DNA from: Parcubacteria group bacterium
GTDB taxonomy: Bacteria > Patescibacteriota > Minisyncoccia > Phycocordibacterales > Zambryskibacteraceae
Assembly (NCBI GenBank): GCA_028286565.1
Contig: JAQBRH010000004.1
Location: 217,567-281,566, forward strand
Direction: 5' to 3'
Length of the DNA: 64,000 nt
Both the position numbers and the translations under genes were made by a program. Below, piece after piece: positions 36,532 to 43,521 of this stretch; position 1 is the stretch's first letter; every line of letters begins with the position of its first letter. The notes beneath the pieces are model-generated. The model was not told where the DNA came from. It searched no databases and worked only from the letters and a program-made list of their open reading frames with translations.

Positions 36532-37248
36532 ATGAAAGAGGATATTTATTTTGAAAGTGGAAGTCTTAAACTTGTTGGCACTTTATATAAAGCGCCTAAG
36601 GAGAAAGCCTCAGCGCTTTTAATTGCAGGAGGGGGGAACACCCATCGACACAAAGGATATTATCCTCCGTGGCAAAACTTTCTTTTGGAGAACGGAGTCA
36701 CAACATTCAACTTTGATTTTCGAGGGGTAGGAGATGCAGAAGGAAATTTAAATGAAAGCAATCTAAATACAAGAGCAGAAGATGCGAAAGCTGCCCTTGA
36801 AATTCTGAAGCAACATTCTGATACAGAAAATATATTTGTAGTCGGTGTAAGCATGGGCGGGCCTGTGGCGATAAGGATAGTAGATCATTCAATTAAAGGA
36901 ATGCTTCTGGTTGTTGCCGCTGCATATTCAATGGAAGCGCGAGATAAGAATTTTGGCCCCGAGTTTTCAGAAGCGATACGAAAACCAGACAGCTGGAAAG
37001 ATTCACCTGATTTTAAAGACTTAGAGAGATACATGGGCGACACATTTTTGCTATATACGGATAGTGATGAAGTAGTTCCTCAGGGTATAAGTTTGAACTA
37101 CGAAGAGATCATAAAAGCAAAAGGGGGACAGGTGCTTGCCCTTAAGGATGCCAACCATCGAACCTGGAAGGAAGGGCAACAAGAATATGCCTTAAGGGAG
37201 ATGTCGAATTTTATCCTTGAGAAGAGCCTATCAAAGGTATACTCATGA
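36532..37248 (+). CDS. Alpha/beta-hydrolase fold protein
   Basis: Nucleophile elbow GVSMGG, then a downstream Asp and His (DSDEVV...ANH). 238 aa. Confidence 0.7.
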   Translation: MKEDIYFESGSLKLVGTLYKAPKEKASALLIAGGGNTHRHKGYYPPWQNFLLENGVTTFNFDFRGVGDAEGNLNESNLNTRAEDAKAALEILKQHSDTENIFVVGVSMGGPVAIRIVDHSIKGMLLVVAAAYSMEARDKNFGPEFSEAIRKPDSWKDSPDFKDLERYMGDTFLLYTDSDEVVPQGISLNYEEIIKAKGGQVLALKDANHRTWKEGQQEYALREMSNFILEKSLSKVYS

Positions 37249-37625
37249 GTATGATAAGTTTCATTTTAAATCTTCCTTGGACTATTCTCGGTGTATTGGC
37301 AGGGATTGTGTCGATACCTAAAAAGTTTCAAGGCAATAAAAATCCTTTCGCTTTAGTATTTACTGTAAAAAGTTTCTGGTGGTATACATGGCAACCCAAG
37401 ATGAGGGGAGCGCGAGCTATGACGATAGGGCATGTGGTTCTTTTGAGCCCAAATATTTTGGAGCACGATCTAGAACATGAACTTATACACGTAGAGCAAG
37501 CTGTGCGTATTCCACTTATACATCCAGTTCTCTATGCAATCGAAAGTTTTAGGAAGGGCTATCGAGAGAATAAATACGAAAAGGAAGCTTATGGTAGGGC
37601 AGGAAACATTTATATAGAAAAATGA
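37245..37625 (+). CDS. Small membrane-anchored HExxH zincin-like protein (paralog A)
   Basis: N-terminal TM, WWYTW, then LEHDLEHELIHVEQ (HExxH plus a downstream Glu). Its start overlaps the upstream stop (ATGA). Its 3' ~360 bp are ~98% identical to 38918-39275. Confidence 0.6.
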   Translation: MSMISFILNLPWTILGVLAGIVSIPKKFQGNKNPFALVFTVKSFWWYTWQPKMRGARAMTIGHVVLLSPNILEHDLEHELIHVEQAVRIPLIHPVLYAIESFRKGYRENKYEKEAYGRAGNIYIEK

Positions 37626-38173
37626 CTGAAAAAGAAATTCTCAAGCTTATCCAAGAGGACTCATGGATGATGGAGACTTTACGTAAAGCAGAAAGTTTGA
37701 ATTTAAAAGATTGGGCTATTGGAGCGGGATTCATTCGAAATAAGATTTGGGATCACCTTCATGGATATACGGAAAGAGAATGGGGGAGCAGCGATGTGGA
37801 TCTGGTCTATTTTGATGAAGATGATAAGGGTGAGGAATATGATGAGAAGTTGTCTGAGAAGTTAAAGAGTGAGACAGGGACCAATTGGGAAGTGGTAAAT
37901 GAGCACCATGCTCACGTATGGAATAAGATTCCGCCTTACACTTCCGTTGAGGATGCAATTTCAAAGTTCCCTGAGACTGTAACCGCTATAGGTGTTCGCA
38001 TAAGAAATGAAGAAATAGAACTGATTACACCCTATGGAATTGAAGATAACGTGAGCATGATCATCCGACCAACGCCCATATTTGAAGACAAGATGGATAA
38101 GATCCGTGAGAGGGTGGCAAAGAAGGGTTGGATGGAAAAATGGCCTAAACTAAAGTATGCGGAGACCGAATAA
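37622..38173 (+). CDS. Nucleotidyltransferase-fold protein (minimal NTase, PF06042-like)
   Basis: GAGFIRNKIWD...SSDVDLVYFD, i.e. the G[GS] and DxD motifs of the Pol-beta superfamily. It is translationally coupled to the HExxH gene (ATGA overlap). Confidence 0.55.
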   Translation: MTEKEILKLIQEDSWMMETLRKAESLNLKDWAIGAGFIRNKIWDHLHGYTEREWGSSDVDLVYFDEDDKGEEYDEKLSEKLKSETGTNWEVVNEHHAHVWNKIPPYTSVEDAISKFPETVTAIGVRIRNEEIELITPYGIEDNVSMIIRPTPIFEDKMDKIRERVAKKGWMEKWPKLKYAETE

Positions 38174-38276
38174 AGTTCTAAACCCATCCACCCACCGACC
38201 CAAATTTTTTCAGGGCTATAAATAAGGTTAGTTTTTGCTACCCAGATGGGAATTTAGAAATGATATACTGAATTCT
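38172..38276 (+). repeat. Cassette boundary/promoter module R2 (AGTTCTAAACCCATCCACCCACCGACCCAAATTTTTT...GATATACT)
   Basis: Shares the AGTTCTAAACCCATCC boundary with R3, and the ACCCAAATTTTT..TATAAATAA..GTTAGTTTTTG..TACCCAGATGGG block with R1. Confidence 0.55.
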
Positions 38277-38810
38277 ATGAAAAGATTTTCAATCGTGATT
38301 CTTGTTCTCGTAGGTTTGAGCGCGGGTTACTGGTATAAAACCGGACATGTCGCACTGCAACCGGCGCTGTGGAAATCTGTTTGGATAGGTACAACGTACC
38401 CCCCGCTCTCTAATGGATTGTCTAGCAACGGCGCGCTCACAGTTGGAGACGCAAGATATGCCACATATGTTATAGACGAGATGAAAACTCCAGACGGCAC
38501 CGAACTATGGTTAGCAAGCATGGTAAAGGGAGTGAACGGAAAGCCTATTTTTACCGTTACTGACGCCCTACCTTTTTTCTCTGGCGCTGATGAAAACGGA
38601 AATATGTCGATTTGGGGAGTATGCGGTTATTCGCCTGACAAAGTACTTAATATCGATAATTCAATTGTCGCTCAGATAAGTGCCAGAGACTATGTATCCA
38701 GTGGGCCCATTAATGCAAAGAAAGCATGGAAGGCGAATAATGCCACTGGAAAATTTGAGTCGATTCCGCCAGTAGGAATCTCCTGTATTAATGAAGGAGG
38801 GCAGGAGTGA
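38277..38810 (+). CDS. Membrane-anchored/secreted hypothetical protein
   Basis: Start at MKRFSIVILVLVGLSAGYWYK, an anchor resembling that of gene 40405. No domain recognised. Confidence 0.45.
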   Translation: MKRFSIVILVLVGLSAGYWYKTGHVALQPALWKSVWIGTTYPPLSNGLSSNGALTVGDARYATYVIDEMKTPDGTELWLASMVKGVNGKPIFTVTDALPFFSGADENGNMSIWGVCGYSPDKVLNIDNSIVAQISARDYVSSGPINAKKAWKANNATGKFESIPPVGISCINEGGQE

Positions 38811-38830
38811 TAAAACACTCCCTTCATTCG

Positions 38831-38900
38831 AAACTAGTTCTAAACCCATCCGCCCGACGACCCGGTTTTCAATCTGTCGACCCAGGGGTATACTCTGAGT
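38831..38900 (+). repeat. Cassette boundary/promoter module R3 (AGTTCTAAACCCATCCGCCCGACGACCCGGTTTTCAATCTGTCGACCCAGGGGTATACT)
   Basis: Nearly identical to R4 at 40349-40404; the TATACT box lies 6 nt before the ATG. Confidence 0.55.
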
Positions 38901-39275
38901 ATGATAAGTTTCGTTTTAAATCTTCCTTGGACCATTCTTGGTGTATTGGCTGCTATTGTTTCAATGCCTAATAAGTTTCGTACTAACCCGAGCCCTTTCG
39001 CTTTGGTATTTACTGTAAAAAGTTTCTGGTGGTATACATGGTTACCAAAGAGGAAAGGAGCACGAGCCATGGCGATAGGGCGTGTGGTTCTTTTGGGCCC
39101 AAATATTTTGGAGCACGATCTAGAGCATGAACTTATACACGTAGAGCAAGCTGCGCGTATTCCACTTATACATCCAGTTCTCTATGCAATCGAAAGTTTT
39201 AGGAAGGGCTATCGAGAGAATAAATACGAAAAGGAAGCTTATGGTAGGGCAGGAAACATTTATATAGAAAAATGA
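38901..39275 (+). CDS. Small membrane-anchored HExxH zincin-like protein (paralog B)
   Basis: MISFVLNLPWTILGVLAAIVSMP...LEHDLEHELIHVEQ. The C-terminal half is nearly nucleotide-identical to paralog A. Confidence 0.6.
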   Translation: MISFVLNLPWTILGVLAAIVSMPNKFRTNPSPFALVFTVKSFWWYTWLPKRKGARAMAIGRVVLLGPNILEHDLEHELIHVEQAARIPLIHPVLYAIESFRKGYRENKYEKEAYGRAGNIYIEK

Positions 39276-39829
39276 ACGAAGATCTTGTTTACATCGACCA
39301 ATACGGCCTCCTTGGTAGTAATTTCTATTGGCACCATAGAGCGGATAAGGGACTGTCTGATCAAGATCTGATCGAAGCCGAACTGACTAATGATCGAGTG
39401 TTGGTGCACAGAGATATTATCGATAAATTAATTTCGATAGATAAAGAATTCCAGAAGAGGGGGTATAGGCTCTATATCAAAGAAGGATACCGTTCAAAAA
39501 AGCTCTACGAGATGATCTACAAGCGACGGGTAGAAATGTTCGGCAAAGAGGAAACAGATAGACTCTTGAACATGAAGGATATGCCGCATTCTTTTGGCAA
39601 GTCTATTGATGTATCCCTGAGAGATATTACCGGTACAGAAGAAGTGCCAATGCGTAACAAGGCGGATGGGACCGGTGCTTTATTTATTAATTTCTATAAA
39701 GGCAAGGAAGACGAACAAAGTAAGAAGTATCAAGAGCTGCAAGATTTTGTGCTTTCAGTAATGCGTGCTCATGGATTTAAGCTTGGAACTAAGAACGAAT
39801 ATTTCCACTTTGATCACAAAGAGTTCTAA
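39272..39829 (+). CDS. Peptidase M15 (VanY/D-Ala-D-Ala carboxypeptidase-like, LAS zinc-binding) family protein
   Basis: PHSFGKSIDVS (H-x2-G-x-S-I-D) and EYFHFDH (second His), as in VanX/VanY. It is coupled to the HExxH gene (ATGA overlap). Confidence 0.55.
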   Translation: MNEDLVYIDQYGLLGSNFYWHHRADKGLSDQDLIEAELTNDRVLVHRDIIDKLISIDKEFQKRGYRLYIKEGYRSKKLYEMIYKRRVEMFGKEETDRLLNMKDMPHSFGKSIDVSLRDITGTEEVPMRNKADGTGALFINFYKGKEDEQSKKYQELQDFVLSVMRAHGFKLGTKNEYFHFDHKEF

Positions 39830-39865
39830 ATTCATCTCCGCGGGGGTATACTTCTTCTCAATCAT

Positions 39866-40333
39866 ATGGATGTACACGTAAGGCGATCTAGGAACGGGCA
39901 GGGCATTTTTGCAAATAGAGATTTTTCTGCACAAGAAGTTATATATGAAGTGAAAGGAAAATTGATCACATGTGGCGAAGATGAGGATATCGATCAGAGG
40001 GTCCGGGATAATACATTTAGATTCGACAAAGAGAAATATCTAAGTCCGGAAGGCGAATTGGGCGATTTCCAGAATCATTCGTGCGAACCGAATGCCGGAG
40101 TTTTCAAAAGTAAGAAAAAACTTTTTATTAAGGCGATTAAAAATATTAAAGAAGGCAAAGAGATCCTTATAGACTATTCCACGATCCTTGCTACAGACGA
40201 CACCTGGACGATGAAATGTAATTGCGGAAGCGCAAACTGCAGGGGGATCATAAAGAAATTCAAGAATATACCAAAAGTAACCAAAGAAAAGTATCTCGCC
40301 TTAGGTATTGTCCCAGAGTACATCTTAAATTAA
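39866..40333 (+). CDS. SET-domain protein (putative protein lysine methyltransferase)
   Basis: NHSCEPN, EILIDYS (ELxxDY) and the post-SET Cys cluster CNCGSANCRG. It has its own GGGGGTATACT promoter box at 39842-39852. Confidence 0.75.
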   Translation: MDVHVRRSRNGQGIFANRDFSAQEVIYEVKGKLITCGEDEDIDQRVRDNTFRFDKEKYLSPEGELGDFQNHSCEPNAGVFKSKKKLFIKAIKNIKEGKEILIDYSTILATDDTWTMKCNCGSANCRGIIKKFKNIPKVTKEKYLALGIVPEYILN

Positions 40334-40348
40334 GGCGGCCCTCATTTC

Positions 40349-40404
40349 ATCATCCGTCCGACGACCCGGTTTTCAATCTGTCGACCCGGGGGTATACTTT
40401 AGGC
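40349..40404 (+). repeat. Cassette boundary/promoter module R4
   Basis: CATCCGTCCGACGACCCGGTTTTCAATCTGTCGACCCGGGGGTATACT; 52 of 55 nt match R3. Confidence 0.55.
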
Positions 40405-40977
40405 ATGAAAAAACAACAAGGATTTGCCACCCCCCTTACGCTGGGGTTACTAGTAGTTTTGCTTGTGGGAGGGGGGTATTATTGGATGAATCACAGGTCT
40501 TCTTCGAATTCTCCGGCCAAGACGCTCAGCATAACCGCCTCGGACTGGAGCACCTACAAATGGATGGGAATCGAACCGACGCATATTTCCTTTGCAGAGG
40601 CGGCGACTCCCGCTCTTGCCATCACGGGGTGGAAAGGTTTTGTGGATTTTAATTCAGACGGTCCGGCGGGGAACCTGAGAGTTGAAACTTTTCAAAAAAC
40701 AAATTCTGAAAAGGACTTTCCTTCATATGTAGCGGCCAACATGGGGATCTTTGAGTCAGTGAAGTTTTTCCAAGTCGCGGGCCACGATGCAGCAAGGATA
40801 CGACACGCATCCAAAGATCAATACGACGCGGACGTCGCCTGGTACTTCATAGATGCGGGCGATAAGTCTATCATTGCCATCTCTACCAGCGGAGACAGCA
40901 TGTATCTCTACGACGATGATCAAAACGGCATGTCATCAAGGGATAGGTACATCGCCGGGTACCAGCCTGCGAAGTAA
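40405..40977 (+). CDS. Membrane-anchored/secreted hypothetical protein
   Basis: N-terminal anchor LLVVLLVGGGYYW, then a soluble domain with no recognised fold. 190 aa. Confidence 0.45.
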   Translation: MKKQQGFATPLTLGLLVVLLVGGGYYWMNHRSSSNSPAKTLSITASDWSTYKWMGIEPTHISFAEAATPALAITGWKGFVDFNSDGPAGNLRVETFQKTNSEKDFPSYVAANMGIFESVKFFQVAGHDAARIRHASKDQYDADVAWYFIDAGDKSIIAISTSGDSMYLYDDDQNGMSSRDRYIAGYQPAK

Positions 40978-40983
40978 CCTGAT

Positions 40984-41148
40984 ATGAGGAAACTCCAATG
41001 GACCCAGGTCACGTGGTATTCCAAACTCGCCACCATTATTTTGCTGATGGGCGCCTTTCCGGCCCTGGCCTTCTATATAGGAACCCAATACGAAGAGACA
41101 ATGCTTGCCACTACTCAGGAACAATATATTGACATTTCGAACATTTAA
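40984..41148 (+). CDS. Small (54 aa) single-TM protein; paralog of 45895..46095
   Basis: LQWTQVTWYSKLATIILLMGAFPALAFYIGTQYEE versus IKWNDITWYSITISGVFFLILLPSIIFYIGNQYKE. It is below the ORF-track size cutoff. Confidence 0.4.
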   Translation: MRKLQWTQVTWYSKLATIILLMGAFPALAFYIGTQYEETMLATTQEQYIDISNI

Positions 41149-41205
41149 GGTAGTATAAAACAAGACCTCGTACTGCGAACGTCCCTTAGAAACAGGAGCT
41201 CTCTC

Positions 41206-41583
41206 ATGTTTGCTCAGTTCTATCAACGGGTACGCTTTGCCGCAGCGGTTCTGATCGTGCCCTGTGCAGTCTCTCTGCTTTCTCTTCTGACCTTTCACTT
41301 CAGCAGCATCCTCGGATGCCTGGTGACGATCGCAGCAAGCCTCTTCGGAGCATTGATGGTGATCTCTGAGGAGGATAGAGACGGACGTATCAGCCTGGCG
41401 TACATCGTTTGGCTCGTGGCTGGTATCGTGATGACGACGGCGTTCTTCTTCCTTCATCCCTCCTACTCATACGCCTACTTTACGGTCGTAGTAGCATTCG
41501 GGGTGTGGAGTTTCGCCATTCTCATGTATCTCGCCGACAAGGTCCGGCAGATCCCTGTCCGGAGCCCCAGTCCGAAGTTCTGA
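41206..41583 (+). CDS. Hypothetical 4-TM membrane protein
   Basis: 125 aa with four hydrophobic segments. Confidence 0.45.
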   Translation: MFAQFYQRVRFAAAVLIVPCAVSLLSLLTFHFSSILGCLVTIAASLFGALMVISEEDRDGRISLAYIVWLVAGIVMTTAFFFLHPSYSYAYFTVVVAFGVWSFAILMYLADKVRQIPVRSPSPKF

Positions 41584-41724
41584 TCGCCATTGCATAAGCT
41601 CTGGCATTTTTTATATCAAAAAAGAGGTGAAATAATTTTTGAATCCCCGATGTACTAATAGATGAAGCTCGGATGCTCACTGCAAACGGCCTCACCATGG
41701 TTGTTATTCGCTAACGTACAATTT

Positions 41725-42135
41725 ATGAAACCTACATTCAAAAAGTCTCTCATGACCTTCGGGGCCTTGGCGGCCATCGGTGCCGGAGCCGGCCTGACCG
41801 GACTCGTCGGCGCCCAAGGAGTGACCACTACTGCATCTACTCAGCCTACGGCAGCCGTATCGGCGCCCGCTGATGCTCGGCAGATGGATCACTCTAAGGG
41901 CGGCCACATCGGCTCGAACGGAACCAAAGAAACACTCCTGACCGGCGATACAGCCTCCAAGGTGACCGCGGCAGCTCTCGCCGCCGTGCCCGGAGGAACG
42001 ATCGAGCGGGTTGAGAATGACGCCGAAGGTGCGGCCTACGAGGCTCACATGACCAAGGCCGACGGAACCCATGTCACCGTGAAGTTCGATTCGAACTTTG
42101 CGGTCACGGCGACCGAGACCGGTCACGGAAGATAA
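41725..42135 (+). CDS. PepSY-domain secreted protein
   Basis: N-terminal signal/TM MKPTFKKSLMTFGALAAIGAGAG and a C-terminal PepSY-like module (GGTIERVENDAEGAAYEAHMTKADGTHVTVKFDSNF). Confidence 0.55.
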   Translation: MKPTFKKSLMTFGALAAIGAGAGLTGLVGAQGVTTTASTQPTAAVSAPADARQMDHSKGGHIGSNGTKETLLTGDTASKVTAAALAAVPGGTIERVENDAEGAAYEAHMTKADGTHVTVKFDSNFAVTATETGHGR

Positions 42136-42167
42136 TACCCGATGCTTCTCTTCACAAAACAGCTCCA

Positions 42168-42800
42168 ATGGAGCTGTTTTGTTTTGAAATATTTCAGCTG
42201 TCCGGATTGTATACTAGAGAGGTGGGGGATATCTATGAACATCTAGCCGACGAGGAGTTGGTCTCGATGGTCCAAAAAGGGGACACACACCCGTTTGGGG
42301 CCCTGGTCGAGAGGTTCGAGCCAAAACTTCTGCGGTACGGCAGGAAATTTCTGGCTACTCCGGAGGACATCGAAGATGCCGTGCAGGATGTATTCATAAG
42401 CGTCTACAAAAATATCCAAAGCTTCGACCTCGGCCAAAAATTCTCTCCATGGATCTACAGGATCGCTCACAACGCGTTCGTCAACGCTCTCAAGAAGCAT
42501 TCGCGAAATCCTTTTCAATTCATGGATTTCGATGTGCTCGTCTCGCATGCGGTCGACGACGATCCGGTGAGGAAGGAGGAAGAGCAAAAGGAGATGCGGC
42601 AGATGATCGACGCGCATCTCGAGAGGCTTCAGCCCAAATACAGGGAAGTGCTTATCCTGTATTATCTTGAGGATATGCAATATAAAGAGATCGGGGATAT
42701 TCTCGAGGTCCCGACAAGCACGGTGGGCATCAGGATCAAGCGAGCCAAGGACGCGCTCAAAAAAATTTATATAGACGAGCACCCGACCTATGGAAAATAA
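42168..42800 (+). CDS. ECF-type RNA polymerase sigma factor (sigma-70 regions 2 and 4)
   Basis: DEELV..GD...F..L..R, region 2.2 FISVYKNIQSF, and region 4 HTH YREVLILYYLEDMQYKEIGDILEVPTSTVGIRIKRA. The start is uncertain: TTG/GTG alternatives at 42207/42222 follow a TGTATACT box. Confidence 0.8.
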   Translation: MELFCFEIFQLSGLYTREVGDIYEHLADEELVSMVQKGDTHPFGALVERFEPKLLRYGRKFLATPEDIEDAVQDVFISVYKNIQSFDLGQKFSPWIYRIAHNAFVNALKKHSRNPFQFMDFDVLVSHAVDDDPVRKEEEQKEMRQMIDAHLERLQPKYREVLILYYLEDMQYKEIGDILEVPTSTVGIRIKRAKDALKKIYIDEHPTYGK

Positions 42801-43512
42801 TCATACACAAAATCTCAAAGACAGCATTCTCGATAAAATAAATTCCAGGGAGCTTTCGATGCGTCCGCGTGTTTACTTTACGCTGAAAGTGGCTGCGACG
42901 GTTCTCACCGCCGGCGCGGTGCTCCTCGCTTCTATTTTCATCTTTAATTTTATTTTCTTCAGTCTCCGCATCAATCATCACGACGCGCTTCTTGGATTCG
43001 GACCAAGAGGCTTCAGAGCGTTCCTCGGCTTCTTCCCCTGGGCCCTCTTTTTCCTCGACATCGGGCTTTTGATCCTCCTCCATTTCCTCCTCAAGCATTT
43101 TAAATTCGCCTACAAGATCCCGTCCCTCTATCTCATCAGCGCGCTTCTCCTCGCGAGCTTCGCCGTCGGACTCGGGCTCGACAGGACTCCTTTGAACGAT
43201 CACTTCCTTCGCCGCTCCGACGAACACGGGCTCCCCGGGCCGTTCAACGGGTTCTATGAACACGCTCGGAGCCCTCATCCTCAGGGAGACGGGGTCTGCA
43301 CATGCACGATCACTGCCATAGAGGGGAATACGCTTTTCGTCAAAGACTCAAGAGGCGAGAAAACAATTCTCCGGATCATTCTTCCCGAGAACGATCCGAG
43401 GGCGACCACCACCTCATTGAGGGTGGGGGACACGGTACTCGTGGCCGGGGACGAAGCGGAAAGCACCATCCGGGCGTACGGCGTTCGCAAAATAGGCTCC
43501 GGCGCGATATAG
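42790..43512 (+). CDS. Putative membrane anti-sigma factor (overlaps sigma gene stop)
   Basis: It has an 11-nt overlap with the ECF sigma gene, multiple TM helices and a C-terminal soluble domain. Confidence 0.5.
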   Translation: MENNHTQNLKDSILDKINSRELSMRPRVYFTLKVAATVLTAGAVLLASIFIFNFIFFSLRINHHDALLGFGPRGFRAFLGFFPWALFFLDIGLLILLHFLLKHFKFAYKIPSLYLISALLLASFAVGLGLDRTPLNDHFLRRSDEHGLPGPFNGFYEHARSPHPQGDGVCTCTITAIEGNTLFVKDSRGEKTILRIILPENDPRATTTSLRVGDTVLVAGDEAESTIRAYGVRKIGSGAI

Positions 43513-43521
43513 TATTCCTCT

